Source: an uncultured Ignavibacteria bacterium
GTDB lineage: Bacteria > Bacteroidota > Ignavibacteria > UBA10030 > UBA6906
NCBI GenBank assembly: GCA_963701735.1
Contig: CAVPBI010000013.1
Coordinates: forward strand, 141,323-205,322
Reading direction: 5' to 3'
DNA: 64,000 nt
The notes under the pieces are model-generated. The model had not been told where the DNA came from. It saw nothing but the letters and a program-made list of their open reading frames with translations, and searched no databases. The translations under genes and the position numbers were made by a program. Of the stretch, positions 50,916 through 61,801 are shown one piece after another (the first letter of the stretch is position 1; every line of letters starts with the position of its first letter).

Positions 50916-53840
50916 TCACTGTATCGCGCGTACGACGGCGTCATGCACGGCCGGCCGCACGCCGGAGATCTTCGTATTCGCCCGGGTCGGATGGACGCGG
51001 TTCGTCAGAAGGATGACGCACAGCTCGCGGTCCGGATCCACCCAGATGGACGTGCCCGTGAAGCCTGTGTGACCGAACGACGACGGGCCGAAGAGCGACC
51101 CGGCCGACGAGCCGCTCGGCGACTTCACGTCCCAGCCGAGCAGTCTGGTCCCGGGCGCGGGATTGCGCGTGAAGAGTTCGATCGTTGCCTCACCCAGGTA
51201 GCGCCGGCCGCCGTACGTCCCCTGCTGCATGATCACTGTCATGAGCACCGCGAGGTCCTTCGACGTCGAGAAGAGCCCTGCGTGCCCCGACACTCCGCCG
51301 AGGAAGTCCGCATTCTCGTCGTGCACTTCGCCGCAGACCAGCCGCTTCCTCCAGGAGGTGTCCACCTCCGTGGGCGCGATGCGGTCGACCAGCGACGACG
51401 ACGGATTGTACATCGTGCTCCGGAGGCCGAGCGGCCCGAAGAACTCCTTCTGCAGGAATGCGTCAAGGGTCGTCCCGCTGACGGCTTCGACGACTTTTCC
51501 GAGCGTGATGAACCCGATGTCGCTGTAGATCGTCGAGTCGCCCGGGGGCGAGACGAGCGGCGTCGCGAACGCCGAATCGATCATCGCCGCAGGCGTCGCA
51601 CAGAACGTCCAGAACTGGCGGAACGGCGGGAACCCCGCCCTGTGCGTCAGCAGATGCCGGACCGTGATTGCGGCCTTCTCCCCTTCCGCGAACGCGGGGA
51701 GGTATCGCGACACAGGGTCGTCGAGCCCGATCCGCCCCTCATCGTGCAGTTTCATGACGGCCGTCGTCGTGCCGATGACTTTACTGAGCGATGCAAGGTC
51801 GAACATCGTCGTCAGGTCGATGTCGCGCGATGCCGGCTCATATGTATATGTCCCGAAGGCCTTGTTGTAGACGAGCGCGCTCCGGTGCACCACGGCGACC
51901 TGCGCCGCAGGGAATGCGGAATCCGCGATGGCCGTGCGCACGATTTCATCGACCGCACGGAATGCCTCCGCATCTCGCTCCGTCGTCGACCGGTCAGCGA
52001 GGCGGAGAACCGACTGCCGGAGCGGGATGCCGGCCCCCATGGCGAACCGGTCCGATACGCGCACGGGGAGCTTTCCTCCGATATCGATCTCGCCCATGAG
52101 CGCTTCGACGGCAGCTTCCATCAACGGTTCGGCATCGCCGTAGGCGCACAGGACCGCGGGGAACGCATCGAAGGACGGCAGGGCGTAGGGGTTTCCGAAC
52201 AACACCGCGACAACCGGACTCTTCACTTTCGAGAGATCCGCAAGGAAACCCTCGAGGTTCTCGGGGAGCGTGACGCGGTCCGACGTGGCGCGCATCCTGA
52301 GAGTGACCGGCATGATGACGAGCCGGCTGGCCTTCGCCTGTGCCATGGCCGCTTCGAGGTCCCCCCTGCTGCTCGATGAGGTGAGGCGACGCGTCTGCAC
52401 CGCGCCGATGCGCCTCTGAAGCTGCTGTACGAAATACGTGCCTGGAGCCTCGGTCGTGTATCGAGGCCCGGGACGATTAATATCAGTCCGGTTGTCCTCT
52501 GAATCGGTCAGGACGAAGACCGCCACGCGGCCATCGACACCCTCGACGAGCGGCAGGACCTGATCCTCGTTCCGCATGAGCGTGATTGCTCGCCGGGCAA
52601 TATCGCGCGCAAGTGCGCGATGCTCCCGCGTCGCGACGCGCAACGGGATGCTGTCCAGCGGCACCGTTCGCTGCCCGTCGAGCCCGACCCAGTATTTCGC
52701 CGCGAGGATGCGGCGTACGGACTCGTCCACGCGTTGCGCGGGGATCTCGCCGGACCGTGCAGCCCTCATGACGGCTGCGTAGGCGGTTTCCTCATCCGCA
52801 GGCATCAGGACGACATCCGCCCCGGCCTTGACGGCCATGACCGAACTGAGCGCGGTCGAATATCCGCGCATAACACCGCGCATCTCCATGGCATCCGTCA
52901 CAACCAGCCCTTTGAATCCGAGATCACGGCGGAGAAGCGTGTCAATCGCCTCGGGAAGAAGGGATGTCGGAATTCTCGAACCACCGCCGATCGCGGGAAC
53001 CGCCAGATGCGCCACCATGACCGACTTCACCCCGGCCTCGATGGCCCCGCGGAACGGAGCCAGCTCCATCGTGTCCAGGCGCGCCCGGTCGAACGGAAGG
53101 ACGGGAAGGTCGAGGTGGGAATCCGTTTTCGTGTCGCCATGACCGGGGAAATGCTTGACGGTTGAGATGACCCCGCCGTCGTTCGTTCCGCGCAGGTATG
53201 CGCTCACCATGACGCCGACCAGCCAGCCGTTGTCACTGAACGATCGCGTGTTGATGACCGGGTTGAGCGGGTTGGTGTTGATGTCCGCGACGGGGGCGAA
53301 GTTCTGGTGCACCCCGATCGCGCGCGCCTCCCGCGCCGTCGCCTGCCCGGCGCGGAAGGCGAGATCGGGATCCCGGGTGGCGGCGATCGCCATCGCGTCC
53401 GGAAACACCGTGGACCTCCTGACGCGCAGGGCCATGCCGCGCTCGAAATCTCCGCTGACCAGCAGCGGGATTCGCGCCTCGGCCTGGAGCGCGTTCAGCA
53501 TCACGGCTGCTTCATACACGTCGCTCTGCGACAGCATGATCCCACCGATGCGGCGGTCCCTGACCAGCGATCGCATCTGCACGAACTCTTCCCCGTCGGC
53601 GGCGGTGTAGTGCCCCGTGGCCGCCACCATGAACAGCTGGCCGACCTTTTCCTCGAGCGTCATGGTGGAGAGGACGCTGTCGACCCAGTCCTCCTGGTTG
53701 AGCCGCCCAGCAGCCGGGATCACCGATGGGGCGAGCACGGGGGACTCGAGGGCTTCCGAAGAAGAGCACGAGCGGAACAGCAGGAGCGTAACGGCTCCGA
53801 TCGCAAGCATCACAACCGTGTTAACGTGCCTGGCCTGCAT
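50916..53840 (-). CDS. nagZ: beta-N-acetylhexosaminidase (GH3) fused to serine beta-lactamase-fold hydrolase
   Basis: Signal/lipobox; GH3 …KHFPGHGDTKTDSHLDLPVL…; C-terminal …MFDLASLSKVIGTTTAVMKL… (SxxK) …HTGFTGTSIWVDP…. Confidence 0.85.
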   Translation of the reverse strand: MQARHVNTVVMLAIGAVTLLLFRSCSSSEALESPVLAPSVIPAAGRLNQEDWVDSVLSTMTLEEKVGQLFMVAATGHYTAADGEEFVQMRSLVRDRRIGGIMLSQSDVYEAAVMLNALQAEARIPLLVSGDFERGMALRVRRSTVFPDAMAIAATRDPDLAFRAGQATAREARAIGVHQNFAPVADINTNPLNPVINTRSFSDNGWLVGVMVSAYLRGTNDGGVISTVKHFPGHGDTKTDSHLDLPVLPFDRARLDTMELAPFRGAIEAGVKSVMVAHLAVPAIGGGSRIPTSLLPEAIDTLLRRDLGFKGLVVTDAMEMRGVMRGYSTALSSVMAVKAGADVVLMPADEETAYAAVMRAARSGEIPAQRVDESVRRILAAKYWVGLDGQRTVPLDSIPLRVATREHRALARDIARRAITLMRNEDQVLPLVEGVDGRVAVFVLTDSEDNRTDINRPGPRYTTEAPGTYFVQQLQRRIGAVQTRRLTSSSSRGDLEAAMAQAKASRLVIMPVTLRMRATSDRVTLPENLEGFLADLSKVKSPVVAVLFGNPYALPSFDAFPAVLCAYGDAEPLMEAAVEALMGEIDIGGKLPVRVSDRFAMGAGIPLRQSVLRLADRSTTERDAEAFRAVDEIVRTAIADSAFPAAQVAVVHRSALVYNKAFGTYTYEPASRDIDLTTMFDLASLSKVIGTTTAVMKLHDEGRIGLDDPVSRYLPAFAEGEKAAITVRHLLTHRAGFPPFRQFWTFCATPAAMIDSAFATPLVSPPGDSTIYSDIGFITLGKVVEAVSGTTLDAFLQKEFFGPLGLRSTMYNPSSSLVDRIAPTEVDTSWRKRLVCGEVHDENADFLGGVSGHAGLFSTSKDLAVLMTVIMQQGTYGGRRYLGEATIELFTRNPAPGTRLLGWDVKSPSGSSAGSLFGPSSFGHTGFTGTSIWVDPDRELCVILLTNRVHPTRANTKISGVRPAVHDAVVRAIQ

Positions 53841-54771
53841 GTGGGGTGGTCAGTCTGGAAAGAGCCATCATCAGCGCCCCTTCGACGGGCGTGTGCGCGG
53901 CTGAAATGATCGAAAGTCCCGGAACGACGGCCTTCAGGGCCCCGGAAAGTATGTCGGAGTATGAAGTCCGGTGAGACACCAGGCCACCGACGAAGGCTGC
54001 CCGCGGATCCGGCCCGAGCCGCCGGAGCACGACCCGAGCCTGGTCAGCCAGCGGGGCCGCCGCCGAACGGAGGAGCTCTGCGGCGGCAGATTCGCCGGCG
54101 TCAGCCAGCTCCAGAATCACCGGGGCAACCGTCGCGACCGGAAATTGCTCCCGGTACACCGCTGCGATGATCTGGTCCCGGGTGGACCATCCGAAACGGT
54201 CCCGGAGCGCCCGGCCGATTGCCGTTGGCTCAGAACGCCCGTCGATCTCCAGGACCGCGGACTTCAGGGCCCTGAGGCCTATATCGTACCCGCTGCCTTC
54301 GTCGCCCAGAACCCTTCCCCACCCACCCGCGCTGTGCAGGCACCCATTGTGGTCCTTCCCGAGGACATTCGATCCGGTCCCGGCTATGACAATCGCGCCG
54401 TGCCCTCCCCCAAAAGCGCCTTCGAGGGCGACCCGGCTGTCCGGTTCCAGGAAGATCGCCGGAGCCGGCCGGTCCGCCGCAAACCGACGCATGAGAGCGG
54501 CTTGAAGGTCGCTGTTGATGGTAGGCGTCCCCACGCCGGCGAGGCCGATAACAGCTACCGCGATCTCCTCCGGCCGCCGACCCGCCTGTGAACAACAGCG
54601 GGCGATAAGCTCGTGCAACGTCACCGCCGACTGCTCAACACCCACGGTCGTGGGGTTCGAGGGACCGGCATCGCATTGCGCACGATGCAGGCCCGCGCGG
54701 TCTGCAAGCACTCCAAGTGTTTTTGTGCCGCCGCCATCGGCGCCGAAGATCAGAGAGGACGGGCCGCCCAT
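53821..54771 (-). CDS. BadF/BadG/BcrA/BcrD-type ATPase, N-acetylglucosamine kinase-like
   Basis: …LIFGADGGGTKT… phosphate-1 motif, …IVIAGTGSN…, …GDEGSGYDIG…. Confidence 0.7.
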   Translation of the reverse strand: MGGPSSLIFGADGGGTKTLGVLADRAGLHRAQCDAGPSNPTTVGVEQSAVTLHELIARCCSQAGRRPEEIAVAVIGLAGVGTPTINSDLQAALMRRFAADRPAPAIFLEPDSRVALEGAFGGGHGAIVIAGTGSNVLGKDHNGCLHSAGGWGRVLGDEGSGYDIGLRALKSAVLEIDGRSEPTAIGRALRDRFGWSTRDQIIAAVYREQFPVATVAPVILELADAGESAAAELLRSAAAPLADQARVVLRRLGPDPRAAFVGGLVSHRTSYSDILSGALKAVVPGLSIISAAHTPVEGALMMALSRLTTPHAGQAR

Positions 54772-54860
54772 GCGCTCAGCTGGTTGGTGAGAGGTGTAGG
54801 TGCCCCAATGTACCCAACGACCGTCTGACAATCAAGAAACTCGACCCCGACAGGAACGAG

Positions 54861-55892
54861 CTATCCCAGCTGGCGCCGCAGGTCGGCAGTCGCGCGCACG
54901 AAGTCATCCGGCGCGATGCAGACATCGCCGAAGAGCTGCCGGATGTCGGACTCCTGGATGCGCAGGAAATCCTCGTGGCGCGGCGTGATGGTAACCCCTC
55001 CCATGTCCACCGCAGCAGGACTGATGATCATCCCCCCCTCCGCGCCGTAGAACGATGGCCGATGCGCCTTCCGCGGGAAGACCAGGACGGTCCACTGCCG
55101 CCTGCAGAAGGCGACAATGTTGATCATCGGTTCCTCTCCCTCATCCTCCTCGCGGGAAAGGACGCCGAGAAGGACATCGAACGCCCGTTCGATGAGCGAC
55201 GCATCCTCCCCGTCAATCTGAAACCACCGGCGAATCCCGTCGTCCACCGCGGCCACATCCACACCCATCCCTTCCAGAACCATCACGGCTCGTGCGGCCG
55301 ATCCACCCCTGGCCATCACCCCTCCAGCGGCAGACCCATCATCGATCGCCTGCGGGAGCGGCATGAACCCGCTGTTCCCCGCCTGGAAGTGGAGATGGTC
55401 GGGCGCGGAGGCGCCACACCGGGGGCCGTTGTACAGGAGATCAAAACCGCTGCCGAGTTGCCGGCTCAGGTCGAGCAGGACCGAGAACGCGCCGTCGATC
55501 CGCTGGGCTACGTGTGACCGGTGAGGGATCGTGAAGTGCGCGGGGAAGATCGGATAGGGGTTGCAGAGGATCAGGAATTCGCCGAACGCGAGCCCGTGCT
55601 GCTCCGGCGGAAGATGTTCGTGGCAGAGGAAGCACCGGCGCTGACTGATCGCGGCCGGGTCCACGTCGGCCGATGACGAAATGATCCGGCCGGGATTGAA
55701 CTGAATGTCGAAGGGGATCGCGCCGACCATGATACGACGCGTCCTGACCCCTGACAGGCTTTCGTAGCCCCTGCGGAGAAGCTCCCATCCGGACTGCTGC
55801 TGGCGGAGCAGCGTCGCAGCCTGTTCGGCAAGCGTGCCAACAGGGCCGTATTGAGCCAGGTCGGCAGGACCACTGAGGAGCCCGTCTCTCAC
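54861..55892 (-). CDS. HIT/GalT-superfamily nucleotidyltransferase/phosphorylase-like protein (DUF4922-like)
   Basis: …APDHLHFQAGN… histidine-triad-like HxHxQ; 343 aa. Confidence 0.5.
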   Translation of the reverse strand: MRDGLLSGPADLAQYGPVGTLAEQAATLLRQQQSGWELLRRGYESLSGVRTRRIMVGAIPFDIQFNPGRIISSSADVDPAAISQRRCFLCHEHLPPEQHGLAFGEFLILCNPYPIFPAHFTIPHRSHVAQRIDGAFSVLLDLSRQLGSGFDLLYNGPRCGASAPDHLHFQAGNSGFMPLPQAIDDGSAAGGVMARGGSAARAVMVLEGMGVDVAAVDDGIRRWFQIDGEDASLIERAFDVLLGVLSREEDEGEEPMINIVAFCRRQWTVLVFPRKAHRPSFYGAEGGMIISPAAVDMGGVTITPRHEDFLRIQESDIRQLFGDVCIAPDDFVRATADLRRQLG

Positions 55893-55895
55893 GGT

Positions 55896-57390
55896 CTAGC
55901 GCTTCCTTCGCGCCCGGGCCGCGGCGTTTAGTCTCTGCCGTGCCGAGATCTCGATGGTGCGGATCTTGTCCTTGTAGTGATTATAGGCGTTCTGGCGCGC
56001 GACATCCAGGTTGGCGTCCGAATTCCCCTCCCACCGCCGGCACATGTAGACCGGCTCGTAGATCCTGCCGATCTGGTGCTCGCGCGAGATGGCCAGACCG
56101 AGCGCGTAGTCTTCCCCGTAACTCACGTTCGGGATCGGAAGCGTGCGAAGGACCGCCGTGGCGAACGCGCGCGGGGCGCCGAGGCCGTTGATCCGGAGAG
56201 CGTTGTTCCTGCCGTTCTCCGGCGTCCACTCCCGGTGATCGATGAGGCCCGGCGGAATCTCCTGCAGGTCAAAGTTCGTCATCTGATACGACCCGATCAC
56301 CATCGCGTAGCGTCCCGCGTAGAACTGATCCACGATGCGCTGCACCGTGGTCTCGTCGCGGTACATGTCGTCGCTGTCGAGCTGCACCGCAGAACCGCCC
56401 GCACTGCGGATGATGGGCCGCCTCGTTCCAGCAGCCGCCGATGCCGAGGTCGTCGCGCCCGGGGATGAGATGGATGACGCGGGGATCCTTCTGCGCGATG
56501 TCCCGGAGCATGTCTGTGGTTCCGTCCGTGCTGTGGTTGTCCACGACGATGCAGTTGAACGCAAAGGACGTCCGCTGGCGCTGGACGGAGGTGACCGCGT
56601 CTCCAATCGTCCGCACCCGGTTACGCACCGGAATCACGACCGTGGCTTCCACGGGGAATGTCCCGGCGGCAAGATCGACCGGCTTGAACGCCGGTTTCAG
56701 ATAGGCGCCGATCTTCTTCAGGTACGCCGTCGCCGCGGCCTCCATCTCGATCTGGACTTCCCGGTTCCGCGGGTCGACGTAGTCGAACAGCTTCTCGCCC
56801 GACGCCCGGGCATCCAGCTCCGCGACCGTGTACAGGAACTCGCCCACGCGGAAGAGCTGCGCCCGGCGCGACAGCGCCAGCCGCAGCGCGTACAGTCCGG
56901 CGTGCGCGTATGAAGCCCCGGCAATATCCGTCCAGGCAGCGCGCACCATGGAAGCGGCGAAGAACATCACCGGCCCGAAATCGAAGTCGTCCCGGATGCT
57001 GCCGGACTGGTACTCGATCACCGGGTGCGGCGTGCGGACGTTCAGGCGCAGGTCATAGCGGTCGGAGTAGACCATCCCCGCGCCGGTCGCGTCGGCAATC
57101 GAGACAAGGCGTTCCAGGGCGAACTGCCCGAAGAGGACCGGCGTATCCTGCGTGATGAGCAGTATATGCCCGGTTCCCGCCTTCGCGACGATCGTCCGCA
57201 TGGTCCGGCTGCTGCGCATGCTGTCCACGCGGATGAGCGTCGTGCCCGGAAGAGCCTCCACCCCGCTGTCACCGGCGAGGAGGTAGATCTTCCTGACGAG
57301 TGAAGACGCCTGGAGCTGCCGCACGGTCTCCCGCGTGGCAGACCGTCCGCGGTACGAAAGGAATGCTGTGATGGAAGGTTTCATGGTCAA
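55896..57390 (-). CDS. family 2 glycosyltransferase with N-terminal extra domain; frameshift ~56400-56470
   Basis: …[19 protein letters not shown]…[14 protein letters not shown]… (ORF 56269-57390) then …[10 protein letters not shown]… (DxD) in ORF 55896-56606 frame. Confidence 0.7.
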
Positions 57391-58751
57391 TGCGGTTTGT
57401 GTTTCTTTCCGAAGTGCTCCGGAATCTTCACCAGCGCGGGGACGATGAAGCTCGGAATCGTGGAGAGCATGATCCAGATGAAGAACGCCTTGTATCCGAG
57501 CGCCTCCTGGATTGCTCCGCTCGCCATCCCCGGGAGCATCATCCCGAGCGCCATGAACCCGGTGCAGAGGGCGTAGTGAGCGGTCTTGTTCTCACCCTCC
57601 GCCGCCAGAATCATGTACATCATGTATGCGGTGAACCCGAATCCATAGCCGAACTGCTCCAGCGCAACAGCAGACGTGATCAGCAATAAGTGCTCGGGCT
57701 GGGTCTGCGACAGGTACACAAACATCAGGTCAGGCACGTGCATGATGAAGACCATCGGCCAGAGCCAGGCACGGAGGCCGTGGCGGGAGACCACATAACC
57801 GCCGAGCAAGCCACCAACCGTGAGGGCGATGACACCAGCGGTGCCGTAGACGATGCCGACTTCCTCCGTCGACAGCCCGAGCCCGCCGTTCGGGCGGGGA
57901 TCGAGCAGGAATGGCGTCACGAGCTTGACGAGCTGAGCCTCCCCGAACCGGTAGAACAGGAGGAACGCAAGTATGGCAAGGATGTTCGGCTTCCTGAAGA
58001 ACCGGCCGAAAACCGTCAGAAACTCGCCCAGCACGCCCCCGGAACTCTCGCTGCGCACCGGGTGGTCCGAGACCGGCCGGGGGAGGAAGAACCGGTGATA
58101 GATTGAGAAGCCGAGGAAGATGGCTGCAAGGAGCCCGAACGTGATGGACCATGCCGTCTTGAGGTCTCCGCTGGCCTCGAGCTTCCCCGCCACCACGACC
58201 AACAGGCCCTGGCCGGTGATCATGGCGATACGGTAGAACGTGCTCCTGACGCCGACGAACGCCGCCTGCTGGTGCTCGGGCAGACTCAGCATGTAAAACC
58301 CGTCCGCCGCGATGTCATGGGTCGCCGATGCGAATGCCATGAGCCAGAAAATCGCCAGCGTCATCTGGAAGAAGGCGGGGAGCGGGATGGTCACGGCAAC
58401 GCTTGCCAGCGCGGCCCCGATCACGAACTGCAGCACGACGATCCAGAACCGCTTCGTCCGGAACATGTCCACGAACGGACTCCAGAGCGGCTTGAGGACC
58501 CAGGGGAGATACAGCCAGCTGGTGTAGAGGGCGATGTCAGTGTTCGAGATGCCGAACCGCTTGTACATGATGACGGAGACCGTCATCGCCACGACATACG
58601 GGATTCCCTGTGCGAAGTAGAGCGATGGGACCCAGGCCCAGGGCGACCGCGCAGGTGCGTGGGGTGAATCCATGCCGCCCGGGGGCGTACGGTGAGCGGA
58701 CCCGTCAGGCGAGGTCGTTCCGGGAGCGGGCGTGTCGGCGGATGTGCTCAT
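57387..58751 (-). CDS. ampG: AmpG-family MFS muropeptide permease
   Basis: …SLYFAQGIPYVVAMTVSVIMYKRFGISNTDIALYTSWLYLPWVLKPLWSPFVD… AmpG signature, 12-14 TM. Confidence 0.85.
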   Translation of the reverse strand: MSTSADTPAPGTTSPDGSAHRTPPGGMDSPHAPARSPWAWVPSLYFAQGIPYVVAMTVSVIMYKRFGISNTDIALYTSWLYLPWVLKPLWSPFVDMFRTKRFWIVVLQFVIGAALASVAVTIPLPAFFQMTLAIFWLMAFASATHDIAADGFYMLSLPEHQQAAFVGVRSTFYRIAMITGQGLLVVVAGKLEASGDLKTAWSITFGLLAAIFLGFSIYHRFFLPRPVSDHPVRSESSGGVLGEFLTVFGRFFRKPNILAILAFLLFYRFGEAQLVKLVTPFLLDPRPNGGLGLSTEEVGIVYGTAGVIALTVGGLLGGYVVSRHGLRAWLWPMVFIMHVPDLMFVYLSQTQPEHLLLITSAVALEQFGYGFGFTAYMMYMILAAEGENKTAHYALCTGFMALGMMLPGMASGAIQEALGYKAFFIWIMLSTIPSFIVPALVKIPEHFGKKHKPH

Positions 58752-59266
58752 GACGTGAGGGTTCGGAATCCGATCAGATGGTCGGCGCTGCTCGCGCCCA
58801 TGACGAACGGGGCTTCTTCGACGAACGTAAACCCGATCCTCCTGTACCAATCCAGCGCGCGCGTGTTCTTCACCATGACCCCGAGCCAGAGGGAGTCGGC
58901 GCCACGCTCGCGGGCTTCGCCTTCAGCACGCCCGAGCAGATGCCCGCCGATGCCCCTCCCCTGAAACCGGGGGCGCACATACATCGACGAAACGTAGAGC
59001 CGGCGCTTCTCATCGTTGAACTCCGTGCGCATCAGGGCCGCGGGCTCGCCGTTGACCCGCGCGATGTAACCGGTCACACGCGGCGAGCGGAAGAGCTCGC
59101 TCAGCATCTCGATGGAATAGTGGTCGTCAAGGTACCCGTCCAGATCGACAGCGGCGATGAAGCCACCGTACGCGTCATGCCAGGTCTCGCGCAGAATCTC
59201 CCTGAAGACCTGGAGATCGCCCAGTGTCCAGTGCCCGATCGTGAGCGAGCGGTCGTCCGGGGTCAC
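58748..59266 (-). CDS. GNAT-family N-acetyltransferase
   Basis: …RPRFQGRGIGGHLLGRAE… acetyl-CoA motif. Confidence 0.85.
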   Translation of the reverse strand: MTPDDRSLTIGHWTLGDLQVFREILRETWHDAYGGFIAAVDLDGYLDDHYSIEMLSELFRSPRVTGYIARVNGEPAALMRTEFNDEKRRLYVSSMYVRPRFQGRGIGGHLLGRAEGEARERGADSLWLGVMVKNTRALDWYRRIGFTFVEEAPFVMGASSADHLIGFRTLTS

Positions 59267-61801
59267 TTTGCGAGGAGGAGTTTGCGAACCATGGTGACGC
59301 CGGCGCCGGCCCCCTGCCCGGACACGGTCGCTCGCACGATGTAGACTCCGCTGGCGACCGGCTGCCCTCCGGAATCGCGGCTATCCCACCGGATTGGAAG
59401 CCGCCCCGGACCCGCCTCCCCTTCCATGATGACGGCGACCTCACGACCCACAATGTCAAAGACCGCCACGCGAACCTGCGCTCGCGCCGGCATCTCCAGG
59501 AGCAGGGATGTGGACGGATTGAACGGGTTCGGGTACGGCTCCGACAACTCGAACGCGACCGGCACACCGGGGTCATCGACGCCGGTAACCGTCCTGTCCG
59601 CAAATTGCGCTTTCGCAAAACGGATGGCCCCTGACGGTGCGCTTGCCCCGGGATCGTATCCGATGTGATACCCGCGGAACCGGACTTCCCCTTCTAGCTC
59701 TCCATTGCCGGTCCAAGCACCCGGCGATACGGACTCCAGCGGCCACTCGACGAGCCGCCACCCTGCCCAGTTGACGACGTGCCAGGGGCTCACCTCCACC
59801 CCCCCAACCCCACCGGGGGGATCGACGCCGAACCCGTCCTCGACAGCGAACCGGAAGAGCGCAGAGCCGCCATCCCCGTGCACAAACGTCTGCAGTACGG
59901 TGCCGGACACCGGCCGGACGAGCGGGGTCAGCGTCGTGTCGAAACCCCAGGTCGATCAGGTGCTCGGGTGCGTCCGTGTCCCAGGCATACGTGAGACTGG
60001 CGGTGGTGCCGGACGTGGCATACGACGGAAATCTCTTGTCAGCCGAAGCGACAAACGAAGCGCCGGTCGCGCCGGTAGTGTTCGGGCTACTCGCCGGCGA
60101 GGCCCAGGCGCCCAGCGGCCCGGTGAGCGAGTCGATGATTCCGAACGTATAGCTGTCGGGTCCGACAGTGAAGGTCCGATAGATCGGTGCGCCCGGGGGT
60201 ATCGCGTTTCCCTTCGCGTCAGCCACGCCCGCGATCCTCACCTGGTACGATTTGCCCGGCTTCACGCCGTACGGGAGGAATACCGTGACGCCGCCCCGCC
60301 CTGCCCCTTCGGCATAGTCCACCGCACGCGCCTGGTATGAGCCTCCGATTTCCTGGACCACAAAGTTGGTGGACGAAACCGAGGAAAGCCTCAGCGGCTC
60401 GTCGAAGACGAAGTTCAGCACGGGGTTCGTGGTCAGGATCGTGGCGCCGGAGTCGGGGCTTTCGAGCGCGATCGAAGGTGGATAGACGTCGACATAGACC
60501 GTTCTGAACTGCAGCGAGAACGGATCTCCCGCAGTGCCGTCGCCGTTGCCATCGAGCTGTTGACCGTCTGCCGCGGTCGCGGTCGCCGCCACGGTGACGA
60601 CATAGTCGACTTCCGCCTGGAGCGGCGGCCACGGCGTGAATGTCAGGACAGTGTTCGTTCCGTCCCAGCTGAACGTCCCCGCGGCAGGAGGAGCAATCGA
60701 GAAGGCTGAGACGACGGAGGCCGTGTTCATCGGTTTCGTGAACGCCAGCGTCACAGGGATGTGCGGGGCCACGCTGTCGGAGCCCGCGGACGGAGTGGAA
60801 CTGACCACCGTGGGTGCCGCAAAGATCGTCAGCGCCCTGTCCCGGAATACCGTCGCGCCCGCGGCAAGCGTCACGAGGACGGAGTCGGGACGGAAACCCG
60901 GGGTTTCGAAGTGCACGGTGTAGGTCCCGGCGGCGAGGCGGTCAAACACGTAGAAGCCGTTGTTGTAAGCGTCCCCGGCGTACGTTCGACCCCCGGGCTC
61001 CAGTCGCACCGCAGAATAGTTGAGCGGCTTCGCCCCCGCCGAGTTTGTCTGAAGACCTGCGATGATCCCCAGCCCATCCGAAGGAACGCCGAAATACTGG
61101 AGAAATGCGTTCCGGATCGCATAGGCCTCCATCTTCCGGTAGTCGTTGTTCATGAGGCGCCGGGTCTCGGGATACACATCATGCATCGAGCCCTCGGAGA
61201 GCTGCCCCGGCATCGTCAGCCCGCGCAGGACGCCCAGCGTCCAGCCACCGTTCGCACCTCCGTAGAAGGTCCAGTCGAGATACGTCACATACGAGGAGGT
61301 GCGAAGCGCCGACTTGAGATAGGGGGAAAGGTACAGGCGCGAGATGTCCCACGCTTCCGGCCATTCGGGGGAGCCGGTTCCGGGACCGTACACCGGATCA
61401 CCACCCGTGACGATCTGCTCCCGCACGAGCATGAGGGTCAGATTTGTAACCCCGTTCGCCGCGTTGCTGTGAATCGAGTGGAACCAGTCGGCATTGTTCG
61501 CGTTTGCGAAGGCGACGCGGGACGAGAGGGCGGGATCCACGTTGTTGCTCCCCCGCGTGAGGAGCACGGTCGCACCCTTCTCCTGGAGAAGGGTCCGGAG
61601 AAGGAGCGCTTTCTGCCAGTTGCTCTCCGATTCCCAGAAGTCGATCCCGGGGTCCGGGACGATGTGCCGGTCGTCGGCTGGATCGTATCCGCCATGCCCG
61701 GGGTCGATGCAGATCGTCAGGCCGCTCAGGTCCGTCCGCTGCGCGAAGAGGAACGAGGGTGCCAGGAGAGTCGCCAGCACGACCAACGCCAACCGCCTCA
61801 T
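59263..61801 (-). CDS. N-acetylmuramoyl-L-alanine amidase (Amidase_3) + Ig-like domains + T9SS C-terminal sorting domain; frameshift ~59910-59980
   Basis: Signal; …LTICIDPGHGGYDP… amidase_3 motif; Ig-like repeats; 59263-59910 frame ends …FELSEPYPNPFNPSTSLLLEMP…GVYIVRATV…MVRKLLLAK. Confidence 0.75.

Noticed and set aside
50910-52379. 489-aa + ORF and other + ORFs over 50.9-53.9 kb
   Set aside because: Antisense to the intact NagZ fusion gene and Arg-rich.
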